In this document: positions 27,174-35,953 of the stretch, one piece after another
Numbering within the stretch: position 1 is the stretch's first letter
Layout: each line of letters begins with the position of its first letter
The notes under the pieces: generated by a model
The model's database searches: none
Seen by the model: the letters and a program-made list of their open reading frames with translations, nothing else
Told to the model about the DNA's origin: nothing
Position numbers and translations under genes: made by a program
Assembly (NCBI GenBank): GCA_964449835.1
Contig: CAYVBZ010000002.1
Span: forward strand, 6,837 to 70,836
Reading direction: 5' to 3'
Source: an uncultured Coxiellaceae bacterium
Lineage (GTDB): Bacteria; Pseudomonadota; Gammaproteobacteria; DSM-16500
DNA length: 64,000 nt

Positions 27174-28190
27174 TTAGCTGGCAACCGCTTTCTTAAAAGC
27201 TTGAGTACGTTCCAAGGATGAGAGAAAAAAGCGGGTAAAAGCAATTGCACCCTTTTTATCCAAATGCTGTCCGCCGTCCGCAGTAGTATAGGCCACATTT
27301 GGGGGCATTACCGCTTCACGTCTAAGGGCACTCGCCAATTCTTTGACTCTCTGCGAACAAAAATTTTCTGAAGGGACCAACATAAACAGGCTGTTTCCGC
27401 CTAAATCAGAGAGATAGGATTTTGCCTGCTCAAGTTCCTTCGAGCTCAGCGGACAAGGAGAAGTCCGCTTCAGATGAATCAGTGGATTAGCTGGGTTGGT
27501 ATATACCGCAAGCTTTTCTAGATACCAGTTTCCATTTTCAATGCTTCTCCAGACCACTTGAGATGGTCCGAGACCCAGTGCTTGTTTCAGCGATTCAGGC
27601 AGAAAATGATTGAGCTTATTCTCCAAGCGCCAGCGGAGGTTACGTCCGGTCACCTTTAAGTAGCTGTTAAACCGTCCGTATTTCACGACTTCAAGCGCAG
27701 TGCTCTTCCCAAAAGGCCCAAAATCATCCAAAACCGGATTAAAAAAACTAGTCATTTGGTCGTCGGCATTGATCACCCAAAGCTTCGGTTTCAACCCCCA
27801 ACGCTTGGCGATCTTTTTCACAAATTCGCCGGAGGCAATGCCGGCGAAGCTCAGGTTATAAATTTTAACGCCGTGTTTTTGTTCAAACTCCTTGATAAGA
27901 TCTTCGCGAAAGGCCCACATTACCATGGAGTGGCCCACTAGAATAATGTCGGCTTTGCGGGCATTTTCGATAGACGGACCAAGGTTATGGTAAAAGATAT
28001 CACGGTCTTGGATCTCCCTAACGGGCCATTCGCCATAATTTTGGTAATAGTTCAAATTACCCTCTAAGGGAACTGTCGCAAAATAATCTTGATACAAACC
28101 GAGCCTTATATAGAACGCGTAAAATACCAGGCCGACGAGAGCCAGAATAAAACCAAGATAACGCTGGGGCGAATTTATAATAAAACGCAT
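27174..28190 (-). CDS. membrane-anchored SGNH-like protein, paralog of 12595-13644
   Basis: YYQNYGEWPVREIQDRDIFYHNLGPSIENARKADIILVGHSMV aligns with YYQNWGDHVTREIQDRDIFYHHVGKSIDYAKKADIIILGHSML. The C-terminal GGQHLDKKGAIAFT block is also shared. Confidence 0.4.
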   Translation of the reverse strand: MRFIINSPQRYLGFILALVGLVFYAFYIRLGLYQDYFATVPLEGNLNYYQNYGEWPVREIQDRDIFYHNLGPSIENARKADIILVGHSMVMWAFREDLIKEFEQKHGVKIYNLSFAGIASGEFVKKIAKRWGLKPKLWVINADDQMTSFFNPVLDDFGPFGKSTALEVVKYGRFNSYLKVTGRNLRWRLENKLNHFLPESLKQALGLGPSQVVWRSIENGNWYLEKLAVYTNPANPLIHLKRTSPCPLSSKELEQAKSYLSDLGGNSLFMLVPSENFCSQRVKELASALRREAVMPPNVAYTTADGGQHLDKKGAIAFTRFFLSSLERTQAFKKAVAS

Positions 28191-28208
28191 GACCGTCTCG
28201 AACCGCTG

Positions 28209-28955
28209 TTAAACTCCTGACAAAGATTTTGCCAGCTCCTCCGGCCAAATCACAGAAACGCCGCCATCAATAAAGATACTTTGTCCATTAATAAAAGCCG
28301 CTTTATCACTGCAGAGAAAGTCGAGTAAATTCGCCGAGTCTTCCGCGCTGCCGATGCGCTTTAAGGGAACAAAACGATGATAGAGATCCATTAAATCCGG
28401 CTTGGACAAATAATAATCACGTGACTCAGGCTTGAGATAAGTCAAAGGCATGATCCCGTTAATACGCACGCCTTTCTGGCCCATGGTCCAAGCATAATAT
28501 TTAATAAGTTGATTCAGCCCTGCTTTGGCGACGTGATAGCCTGCTGGTTGTGAGCCTCCGACAAAATCAGCATAAACCGAGCTAACCACCGCTATCGCTT
28601 TGTCGCCTTCAGCGCAGAAATGATCGGCGAAAGCCTGGGCTAAAAGATGCGTCGCCGTCAAGCTGACCTGAAGCTCACCGAGCCAAGGGTCTTCGGTCCC
28701 GCGATAGCGCTGGGAAAATACAAGATAACGCAAAGGCCCTGCCGCGGTGATCACTTGATCCACTATGACTTTCGGATCTTTGAGGGTTTCTAAATCCACA
28801 GAGACATGGTGCAACAGCGGATTGGCGCCGCTTTGTTCCGGCGGCTTGCGCGAAAGCACAGTCACTGGATAGCCACGGGCAAGAAAACGCTCTACTACAA
28901 CTTTGCCTAAACCTTTGGTCCCACCGACAACAACGACTTGTTCTTTGGACTTCAT
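28209..28955 (-). CDS. short-chain dehydrogenase/reductase (SDR)
   Basis: VVVGGTKGLGKVV Rossmann motif and YHVAKAG catalytic YxxxK. Confidence 0.8.
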   Translation of the reverse strand: MKSKEQVVVVGGTKGLGKVVVERFLARGYPVTVLSRKPPEQSGANPLLHHVSVDLETLKDPKVIVDQVITAAGPLRYLVFSQRYRGTEDPWLGELQVSLTATHLLAQAFADHFCAEGDKAIAVVSSVYADFVGGSQPAGYHVAKAGLNQLIKYYAWTMGQKGVRINGIMPLTYLKPESRDYYLSKPDLMDLYHRFVPLKRIGSAEDSANLLDFLCSDKAAFINGQSIFIDGGVSVIWPEELAKSLSGV

Positions 28956-28957
28956 TT

Positions 28958-29482
28958 TTACGCAACCTGTTTCAGTTGTGCGAGCAGACCTGCCTCAAAA
29001 GCAGCGTTCTCAGCAGCATTACTCCCATCCGGAGCAAAGGGCGCATACAGCGTCCCTCCGGGGACAAAGGGGCCATTGGTGATTTCATGAATGATCAAAA
29101 GTTCGGACTGCAAAAGCAAGGTATGGAAATAGGGCTTTGAGAGACGATAATAAAAAGGTTTCCCCGGCGCATTGGCGTGCAAATCGACCACGGCCTTGAT
29201 GTCTCCCTCATCCGTGAAAATCACAATTTGTGCCGCGCCGTAAACGGCGTGAAAAGCTTCGCTTTTATTGGGATGTTTATGAGGACGAATATAGGAGCCC
29301 TTTTCAATGGCAATAAACATTTCATGCAGGCCGTCTTCGTTGGAGGAATGGAGATTGAGACGCACGCGCTTTAAGGGCGTTTCCTTCACTGCCGCCTTCA
29401 AAAAGTCGATTTCTTTTTCACTGATGGTCGCAATTTCAGCCTGGGACAAATAGACTTCGGGAGATTTCTTTATAAACTGCAT
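28958..29482 (-). CDS. cupin-fold protein (WbuC-like)
   Basis: About 170 aa. His-rich cupin core (LNLHSSNEDGLHEMFIAIEKGSYIRPHKHPNKSEAFH). O-antigen locus context. Family assignment is from memory only. Confidence 0.45.
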   Translation of the reverse strand: MQFIKKSPEVYLSQAEIATISEKEIDFLKAAVKETPLKRVRLNLHSSNEDGLHEMFIAIEKGSYIRPHKHPNKSEAFHAVYGAAQIVIFTDEGDIKAVVDLHANAPGKPFYYRLSKPYFHTLLLQSELLIIHEITNGPFVPGGTLYAPFAPDGSNAAENAAFEAGLLAQLKQVA

Positions 29483-30708
29483 TGCGCTTCTTCCTCCGCT
29501 CCCTTAAATGGATACAAGTTGCTGCCCGGAAATATGGAGATCATCTTTCCGCCGCGTTCTAACAAGGCGCGGCATTTTTCCAAAATTTTGCCTTCAATTC
29601 GCGGGCTAACGGCCAGAAGGCAAGTGTCAATTTTATCATCACTCAGCATCTTGTTCGAGGAAACAATCGGTAAATGGGCGCCGGGGCTTAAATAAGCCTG
29701 TTTGTTGACATCATCATCGACAAAATAGGAAATATAGTCCTGCAAACCAAGTGCATTAATAAATAGAATGGCTTGATGACCTGCCCCAAAAACGGCAACC
29801 TTGCCGCCACGCTCGCAAATCGCAGCCAACTGCTTTTGGTAGGCCGTGCGAATACCGGCAAAGGCGGCCATATAGGGTGCAAACAAACTGGCGCTCTTAT
29901 GCTCGATCGGTCTGGCTGGTCTATTCCCTTGGGGAAGCGGTTGAGCTAAGGCTACCAAAGCATCTTCGAGTTGACCTTCGAAACGCAGGAGCTTCACTAA
30001 TTGATATCCGGCTTGATCAAATAAACGGCCAAGGGTCATTTCAGTGAAATAGCAAACATGCTCTTCCCAGATAAAACTATAATCTTTGCGGTTGAGAAAT
30101 TTGCTACTGTCCGGCACTTCGATTAAAACCAGGCCATTTTCAGTCAGCAAGGAGCGGAAACTATCTAACGCAGCCAAAGGATTGCGGCAATGCTCAAGGA
30201 GGTAGCGGCAGACCAGCAGTTCCGCCCGCTCTTTGCTTTTGAACAGGCTTTGCAGCAGCGCAGGCTGCAAACGGGCTTGCAGCGTTTCGAGATAGGGATA
30301 GCTGTCCTTCTGGTTTTTAGCTTCGGCGGCCAGCAAGTCCAGCGTTTCGCAGGGAAAGTTTTTCTCTTGGAATTTCTTCAATAAGGGTTGGTCAAAAGGA
30401 CCTACGCCATAGACCGGCGCTTGGGTTTTGAGGTAAGGGAGCAGTTCTGCGCTTACAGCATCTAAGTGAGCATCGGGTTCGTTATAACGGACCCAAGGGA
30501 CCTGGGGAATGAAAGTTTCAGCTGGCGGAGGTCCTAAGAGTTGAATCAAGGAACAGTTCGAGCATTCGGTGAGCATCAGTGGATAAAGACTGGGAGAAGC
30601 CCCCGGCCGCAGAACAAAACGATTGCAGGGCGGGAGCTCGCCTAGGTCCAGGACAGGGCCAGAAAGTCCGCTGTTACAGAGAATGCAGTGAGCTAGCTTG
30701 GGTTTCAT
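29470..30708 (-). CDS. Zn-ribbon SAM-dependent C-methyltransferase-like protein, divergent copy 3
   Basis: CILCNS..CSNCSLIQ ribbon. Same three-part architecture as copies 1 and 2 but low sequence identity. C-terminal VAVFGAGHQA Rossmann-like segment. Confidence 0.6.
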   Translation of the reverse strand: MKPKLAHCILCNSGLSGPVLDLGELPPCNRFVLRPGASPSLYPLMLTECSNCSLIQLLGPPPAETFIPQVPWVRYNEPDAHLDAVSAELLPYLKTQAPVYGVGPFDQPLLKKFQEKNFPCETLDLLAAEAKNQKDSYPYLETLQARLQPALLQSLFKSKERAELLVCRYLLEHCRNPLAALDSFRSLLTENGLVLIEVPDSSKFLNRKDYSFIWEEHVCYFTEMTLGRLFDQAGYQLVKLLRFEGQLEDALVALAQPLPQGNRPARPIEHKSASLFAPYMAAFAGIRTAYQKQLAAICERGGKVAVFGAGHQAILFINALGLQDYISYFVDDDVNKQAYLSPGAHLPIVSSNKMLSDDKIDTCLLAVSPRIEGKILEKCRALLERGGKMISIFPGSNLYPFKGAEEEAQCSL

Positions 30709-30812
30709 ACAGTTTGCCTTTTACTTTTGGGTTTTATTTTACGCTCCTCATTTTGGAGAAATACTTTCTGCTAGGCAAGGAAAAAAGAAGCAAGAAGGAC
30801 GGCAGGATAGTC

Positions 30813-30855
30813 GCCGATTATAATGATAATCGGCTACATAGATGCCGATTATCAT
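30813..30855. promoter_or_regulatory. three copies of a 12-nt motif GCCGATTAT(A/C)AT (direct, inverted, direct); candidate operator upstream of the 30708 operon
   Basis: GCCGATTAT-AATG-ATAATCGGC is a perfect 9-bp palindrome at 30813-30834, with a third copy GCCGATTATCAT at 30844-30855. Located 105-150 nt upstream of the 29470-30708 start. Confidence 0.3.
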
Positions 30856-31062
30856 GAACTTCGTGTGACTTATGTATCATCGAATATTAAAAATCAATGA
30901 GTTATTGAAAATTAGAGGCGCTGAAAGAAGAAGGTTTAATTGAGAATTACCTTGTTGTCAGCCTGGATTTGGATGAGCGTGTTACTGAAGACGGAATAAA
31001 GATCTTACCCTTGGCAGTTTTTCTGAAAAAACTTTGGGAAGGGCCGTGGTTTTTTAAATAAT

Positions 31063-32145
31063 TCACAGCTCTATAACACAGCGCCCAACAATCTTACCAC
31101 TGCGAATATTCGCAATCGCTTCGTTCAACTGGTCCAACGAACAAAAATCCGTAATCAGTTCACGCAGTTTGATCCTGCCGGTATTAAAAAGCTGCTGATA
31201 GCGCGGAATATCTTGATGAGGGACAGTATCACCTCCGTGAGAGCCGCTCAGCCCTTTGCCGAAATGCAGGGGCAAAGAGAAAATATTGATGTTGTTGCCT
31301 TTGCGTGGGACGCCGACCAGTGTGACGCGGCCTTGGGGTTTAATCAGTTGATAGCCCATTTCAATAATGGCCGGAACGCCGGTGTTGTCGATAAAGACAT
31401 CGAGACCCTTGCCACCGATGATTTCTTGAATGGCTTTTTGGGCATCTTGTTTGGCGCTATTGATGCAATGCGTTGCGCCCATGGCTTTGGCCAATTCTAA
31501 TTTGTTGTCATGCAAATCAACGGCGATAATCGGATAAGCGGAGACCAGGGCTGCGGCTTGCACGATATTCAGGCCGATGCCGCCGGCACCGAAAATGACG
31601 ACGGACTCGCCGATGCGGACCTTGGCGTTGTTTTCGATCACGCCGAAGCCGGTGGTCACGGCGCAGCCGAAGAGCGCGGCAACCGCAAGATCGCTGTCAG
31701 CGGGAATTTTGGTCGTGCGGTTTTCGGAGACGATGGCGTACTCATTAAAGGTCGCAATCCAACCCGCATTGACTTTACGGCCCTGCCAGGAATAGGACGG
31801 GGTTTCGGATTCGATGCCTTGGCTTTTGCGCCAGTGGAGAACAACTTTGTCCTCGGGCTTGACGTGGCGGACGCCTGGGCCTATGGCAAGGACGGTGCCG
31901 GAACCTTCGTGGCCGAGGAGATGGGGAAGAAATTTATCTTCACCTTTGGCGCCGTCGATTTCACCGAGTTGGGAGCCGCAGATGCCGCTGTAGTGGACTT
32001 TAACGAGGACTTGGCCGACTTCGAGTTTGGACGGCAGGGTGACCTCGGTGATGAGCAGAGGGGCGCGGAGTTCGGTGAGAATAGCGGCTTTCATGGTTTG
32101 GGGGAATGTTGTCATGGTTAGTGCCTCTTGTTTAATAAGTGTCAA
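31063..32145 (-). CDS. zinc-dependent alcohol dehydrogenase (MDR superfamily)
   Basis: GICGSQLGEIDG..GHEGSGTVLAIG zinc-ADH signature and VIFGAGGIGLNIV NAD motif. The start may be the internal M at 32115. Clearly GC-richer than surrounding genes. Confidence 0.8.
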   Translation of the reverse strand: MTLIKQEALTMTTFPQTMKAAILTELRAPLLITEVTLPSKLEVGQVLVKVHYSGICGSQLGEIDGAKGEDKFLPHLLGHEGSGTVLAIGPGVRHVKPEDKVVLHWRKSQGIESETPSYSWQGRKVNAGWIATFNEYAIVSENRTTKIPADSDLAVAALFGCAVTTGFGVIENNAKVRIGESVVIFGAGGIGLNIVQAAALVSAYPIIAVDLHDNKLELAKAMGATHCINSAKQDAQKAIQEIIGGKGLDVFIDNTGVPAIIEMGYQLIKPQGRVTLVGVPRKGNNINIFSLPLHFGKGLSGSHGGDTVPHQDIPRYQQLFNTGRIKLRELITDFCSLDQLNEAIANIRSGKIVGRCVIEL

Positions 32146-32161
32146 GTGAAGACCCTCACCC

Positions 32162-33526
32162 CTACCCCTCTCCCGCGAAGCGGGAGAGGGGATTATTAGA
32201 GGAGGGGTGTTGTCGAATTAATCGGGGGAGTTGCTCTATTAGGTAAAGCGGGATGCTCCAAATTGCCCCTTTCGTATTCAATGCTTCCTGCGATAGTTTG
32301 ATTCCCAAAGCGGATCGATGTGATTCCATAAAGAGCTGCAAAGATTTGAGACGACCGGATTTTCCGGACTTTACCTCTAAAGGAATAATGCGGTCATCCA
32401 CCGCGATAGCATAATCAATTTCAGCTTGGCTGCCCCGTGCGTCACGATGCCAATAAAACAACTGTGCACGATCATCGCTAGGTTGAATAGTCAAAAGATG
32501 CTGCCCAACATATTGCTCGGTCAGGGCCCCTCGATTGAGTTGCATTAAATCTTGCCGGAACAGCAATTCCGGCGGGAGATGCTGTGCCGCCTGGATCAAT
32601 CCAAGATCGATAAACAAAAGCTTATAATGCTTTTCTACTTGTGTGGCTGTTAGGGGTAAACCGGTCGCTGAGGTATAGTAAACAGGCATCAGTATATTCG
32701 CTTTAAAGAGCAATTGAATCGCCGCTTTAATGACGCGCCCATCCAGATCGGCGTCAATGTCTGTGTATTTAAAATGCTGACTAACCAAGCCTGGCGCTTT
32801 TTCAAAAACACGCTCACAATAGCGTTGTTGCACGCGGCTGGCATATTTTCCAAAATCAGAACGGTAAGTATTCAATAAAGCGGTTTGAATTTTTCGGCAT
32901 TGCAATAAATCTTTCAGTTCAGCGTAGCATGCCAGGACCTGCGGCATGCCGCCCGTGATAAAGTATAAACGCAACAATTCGAGTAGCTTTTCGTGGACTG
33001 AAACTGGAATTTCATCTTTTATCCCCAACTGGCCCATGAAATCTAAAAGCTGGTTTTCTCCTAGGGCCATCAGCATTTCAGTAAAGGTCAGCGGATATAA
33101 ATACTGAAACTCCACGCGCCCCACCGGCATGCTAAAGTTATCTGCATTCAAGCTAAACTCTAAAAGTGATCCGGCGCCAATGACATGTAACTGGGGAAGC
33201 TCCTCAAAGAAATAACGCAGCGCTTGAATCGCTGCGGGACATTCCTGAATTTCATCCAAAAATAAGAGGCTTTCGCCTGGGACTAAGGCTTGATTGGAGA
33301 GCAGTTCAATTTCTTGGATGATTTGCTTGACCTTGAGGGTCTTGAAGCAATTTTTGTACCGGGGGTCTTGCTCGAAATTGATTATGATGACCCTTTTGAA
33401 ATGACCTCCTCCAAACTCCTTGATTATATAAGTTTTTCCAGTTTGCCTTGCGCCTCGGACCAAAAGCGGCATACGGGTGGGGCTGGTTTTCCACTCAATA
33501 AGCTTTTGAATAATTAGTCTTTTCAT
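32162..33526 (-). CDS. AAA+ ATPase with C-terminal DUF4143-like (PD-(D/E)xK-like) region
   Basis: Walker A GARQTGKT and Walker B LLFLDEIQ. Distal IPLEVKSGKS block. The last 9 codons (PLSRFAGEG) are encoded by the 32165-32191 hairpin repeat. Confidence 0.75.
   Translation of the reverse strand: MKRLIIQKLIEWKTSPTRMPLLVRGARQTGKTYIIKEFGGGHFKRVIIINFEQDPRYKNCFKTLKVKQIIQEIELLSNQALVPGESLLFLDEIQECPAAIQALRYFFEELPQLHVIGAGSLLEFSLNADNFSMPVGRVEFQYLYPLTFTEMLMALGENQLLDFMGQLGIKDEIPVSVHEKLLELLRLYFITGGMPQVLACYAELKDLLQCRKIQTALLNTYRSDFGKYASRVQQRYCERVFEKAPGLVSQHFKYTDIDADLDGRVIKAAIQLLFKANILMPVYYTSATGLPLTATQVEKHYKLLFIDLGLIQAAQHLPPELLFRQDLMQLNRGALTEQYVGQHLLTIQPSDDRAQLFYWHRDARGSQAEIDYAIAVDDRIIPLEVKSGKSGRLKSLQLFMESHRSALGIKLSQEALNTKGAIWSIPLYLIEQLPRLIRQHPSSNNPLSRFAGEG
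32165..32191. repeat. REP-like GC-rich hairpin, 12-bp stem (CCCCTCTCCCGC-GAA-GCGGGAGAGGGG)
   Basis: Perfect inverted repeat read from the DNA. Sits between the ATPase and ADH genes. Related C/G-rich hairpins occur at 62429-62495. Confidence 0.6.
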
Positions 33527-33617
33527 TGATTACCGTGCTAAATTTCATTTTAATGTAGAAATTACAGGGTAATTTTATACGGTTTCTGTTGAAATTACAA
33601 AGCTCCGCCTAAGGAGA

Positions 33618-34289
33618 TTATTCAAAATAAATAAACGAGTGGTCCCCTGTATACCCCGTCTGCTTAAACCACCAATCCCACTCTTCCGGCGTACAAAAAG
33701 ACTCACAGGTCACTTGCCAGTAAAGTAAATTAGCCTTCTCTTGCTCATTCCGGTAAGACTCAACACAGACATATTTATTTTTCTTGCCCACGCGTTCAAT
33801 TTCGCGCAAAGCAGGATCCAGGTCGTAATTGTGCAGATTATGCAAGGTGGTGATTGAGACCACAAGGTCAAAATATTGGTCCGGAAAAGGCAGCTGCTTA
33901 GCATGGCCCACCTGCAGGCGGTCACGGATTTCTTCTTTGGCATTTTCAATGGCATAGGGGGAAACATCCATGCCATAAACTTCAACGCCGGGAACGATCT
34001 TCGTAAAATCATAAAGCAAATAGCCTTTGCCGCAGCCAACGTCCAAGACCTTGTCGCCGGGTTTAATACCATAATGCTCAGCCAAAGCACGGGCCACTTT
34101 TTCCCAGCGGCCTTCCATATAGCGATAGCCGCCGTAACAAATGCGTCGGTCGCCGTCCCAATAGTCGTAGCCCCATTGCTTGGCCAGGACTGCGGCTTTG
34201 GCCTTGGGATATTCCGGCTCATTCACACGGGCAAGATAATCGCGTTTGGTACTTTTATGCAGCACTGACATAAAATCATGGTAAGCCAT
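33618..34289 (-). CDS. class I SAM-dependent methyltransferase
   Basis: VLDVGCGKGYLL (motif I) and FDLVVSITTLHNL (motif II/III). Last gene of the minus-strand operon. Confidence 0.8.
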   Translation of the reverse strand: MAYHDFMSVLHKSTKRDYLARVNEPEYPKAKAAVLAKQWGYDYWDGDRRICYGGYRYMEGRWEKVARALAEHYGIKPGDKVLDVGCGKGYLLYDFTKIVPGVEVYGMDVSPYAIENAKEEIRDRLQVGHAKQLPFPDQYFDLVVSITTLHNLHNYDLDPALREIERVGKKNKYVCVESYRNEQEKANLLYWQVTCESFCTPEEWDWWFKQTGYTGDHSFIYFE

Positions 34290-35334
34290 AAGCTTGCGTC
34301 TCCAAAGACTGTATTAAACGGTTGACCTTATTCACTTGCGTGCGCTTCAACTCCGCAACATTCAAGCTGGGATTGGCGAAGCGGTAACGGGCAAGATGGA
34401 CGGGAAGAAAAATGTTCAGCGCGATGCAGCACCATTTCACGCGGTAAACCAAGCGCAAAAGCTTTGCGCGAAATACGAGTTGCTGCGCGTTCACAAAAGG
34501 CTGCATGACGGTTGCAACAAAGCTATCGAAGAGTTCCGGGGGAACCGGCAAGGCGAGTTGTGAAAAAAAGTCGCCTGTCATTTTTGCAGGGTCGTCCCAA
34601 CCAGCATATTCAAAATCAAGAAAACAGAGCTGCCCATCCGCAAGCTTAAGCGCATTGTGAAAACCAAAATCTGATGGCGAAATGCAACGCTGCCCCGTCT
34701 TCAGTTCAACGTTCAGGTCCACTCCCGCGCTTTGGGCGGCACGGGCCACTTCCACCATTAGACCGCGCCAATAAGCGCTTAAGCGCAAAATCAAAAGCCG
34801 CGCCTCATGGTCTTCGACGGTCTCCGGGAGCATTTTCTCCAATTGTTGAATGCGGGCGCTGATCAACTGAAAATGTTCTTGGATTGAAAAACAGGCTTCC
34901 GAAGCCTTGGGCAAAGCTTTGGCTTTTGCGCGCTGCTCGGACTGATTGAGGGCACAGAAAAAATCGGCGGCCTGGGCCACTTCATTCGCTGTGACGTCTT
35001 GCGGCAGCAAAGGTTGGCCTTCAATTAATTCATAGAGTGCCATACTCATTTGCGGATCTTGATAAAAAGGCTTAGGCACCTGTTTTGGCGCAACCGTCAC
35101 AGCATAAGTCAAAAAAGCAAATTCCGCCGCTAAACGATCGCGAAGGTCGCCCGTCTGACACAAATATTGCTTAATGATAAAAGCGCCATCCGCCGTTTGA
35201 ATGCGATAAGTTCGATTATTACGCCCCTGGGTACAATTTTTGATGGACAAAACATCCGGCTGTAAACCCGCGGCAGTGAGTAAGGCAGCAATTTGCATCA
35301 CAAATTCAATAGAAGAAGGTCGGGTATCAATCAT
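34276..35334 (-). CDS. phosphotransferase of the APH / choline-ethanolamine kinase fold
   Basis: ISPSDFGFHNAL (Brenner-type catalytic loop) and CFLDFEYAGWDDPA (ChoK-like DFEY motif). I chose the ATG at 35334 because of its ATGA overlap with the HAD gene stop. Confidence 0.65.
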   Translation of the reverse strand: MIDTRPSSIEFVMQIAALLTAAGLQPDVLSIKNCTQGRNNRTYRIQTADGAFIIKQYLCQTGDLRDRLAAEFAFLTYAVTVAPKQVPKPFYQDPQMSMALYELIEGQPLLPQDVTANEVAQAADFFCALNQSEQRAKAKALPKASEACFSIQEHFQLISARIQQLEKMLPETVEDHEARLLILRLSAYWRGLMVEVARAAQSAGVDLNVELKTGQRCISPSDFGFHNALKLADGQLCFLDFEYAGWDDPAKMTGDFFSQLALPVPPELFDSFVATVMQPFVNAQQLVFRAKLLRLVYRVKWCCIALNIFLPVHLARYRFANPSLNVAELKRTQVNKVNRLIQSLETQAYGLP

Positions 35335-35942
35335 GACAATCCTATTTGCTTTTCCAAAGCCCCCCAAGAACCGGCCACTTCAACTTCCGGGAGGCTTTTA
35401 TCTAAGTGATGGCCCTGGGGATCAAAGAGGAAGCGCTTGATATGCCGCGGGAAATTAGCAGCCAGCAGAATTTCCGGCAAATCATCAATGAAGACCTCAC
35501 AGCCAAAATCACGGATCCGGGCTAGTTTTTCATCTTTCGTTAACTCGAAGAAAACACGGTCTTCTGGAATATAAGGAACCTGGTTATCACAGAGATAACG
35601 CTCAACCCAGGCGCGGGCAGCCAAATGAAGATCGTATTTGGGGCCGAGATAATTATGCTTGGTTTTATGACTAACGATAGCCAGGGTGTGGCCGGCCTCT
35701 TTGGCCAAACGAATAAAACGCAAAACGCCCGGGTAAGGCCCTGCTTCTACCATGCGAAGTCCGTAGACATAGCCTTGCATTTCAGTCCACAGGTCTTCTT
35801 TGTCAATACTACGCAGATAATCACGAACAGCGGTTTTGTTCGCCGGCAGGTCTTTGGGGACTACCCCCTGCTCCAGGGCTACCTTGTGAAAAATTTGATC
35901 GTAGTTTACGATGGTATTATCAAAATCAAGACCGATCCGCAT
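35331..35942 (-). CDS. HAD-superfamily hydrolase (phosphatase candidate)
   Basis: MRIGLDFDNTIV (DxDxT motif I), AIVSHKT and VFIDDLPE. ATG at 35942 preferred over the listed TTG at 35957. Confidence 0.7.
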   Translation of the reverse strand: MRIGLDFDNTIVNYDQIFHKVALEQGVVPKDLPANKTAVRDYLRSIDKEDLWTEMQGYVYGLRMVEAGPYPGVLRFIRLAKEAGHTLAIVSHKTKHNYLGPKYDLHLAARAWVERYLCDNQVPYIPEDRVFFELTKDEKLARIRDFGCEVFIDDLPEILLAANFPRHIKRFLFDPQGHHLDKSLPEVEVAGSWGALEKQIGLS

Positions 35943-35953
35943 AACAACCCCCT

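Noticed and set aside
30579-30857. 92-aa plus-strand ORF covering the 30708 gene start and the palindromic motif array
   Set aside because: It overlaps the 5' end of a supported minus-strand gene. Part of its translation is simply the repeated GCCGATTAT motif. No motifs were found.
31510-32121. 203-aa plus-strand ORF, along with 31213-31500, 31577-31795 and 31656-31844, overlapping the ADH gene
   Set aside because: These are antisense or alternative-frame shadow ORFs typical of a GC-rich gene. They are Gly/Ala/Asp-rich low-complexity translations with no motifs, whereas the minus-strand frame has clear zinc-ADH signatures.
32162-33526. AAA+ DUF4143 ATPase as the core of an anti-phage defence system
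   Set aside because: It is a single gene with no nuclease, methylase, helicase or effector partner. The neighbour is an ordinary ADH. This ATPase family is common as a stand-alone gene on mobile DNA.
33710-34222. 170-aa alternative-frame ORF on the same strand inside the 33618-34289 methyltransferase, and the antisense ORF at 33876-34268
   Set aside because: The methyltransferase frame carries the SAM motifs. The alternative frames are compositionally odd and motif-free.
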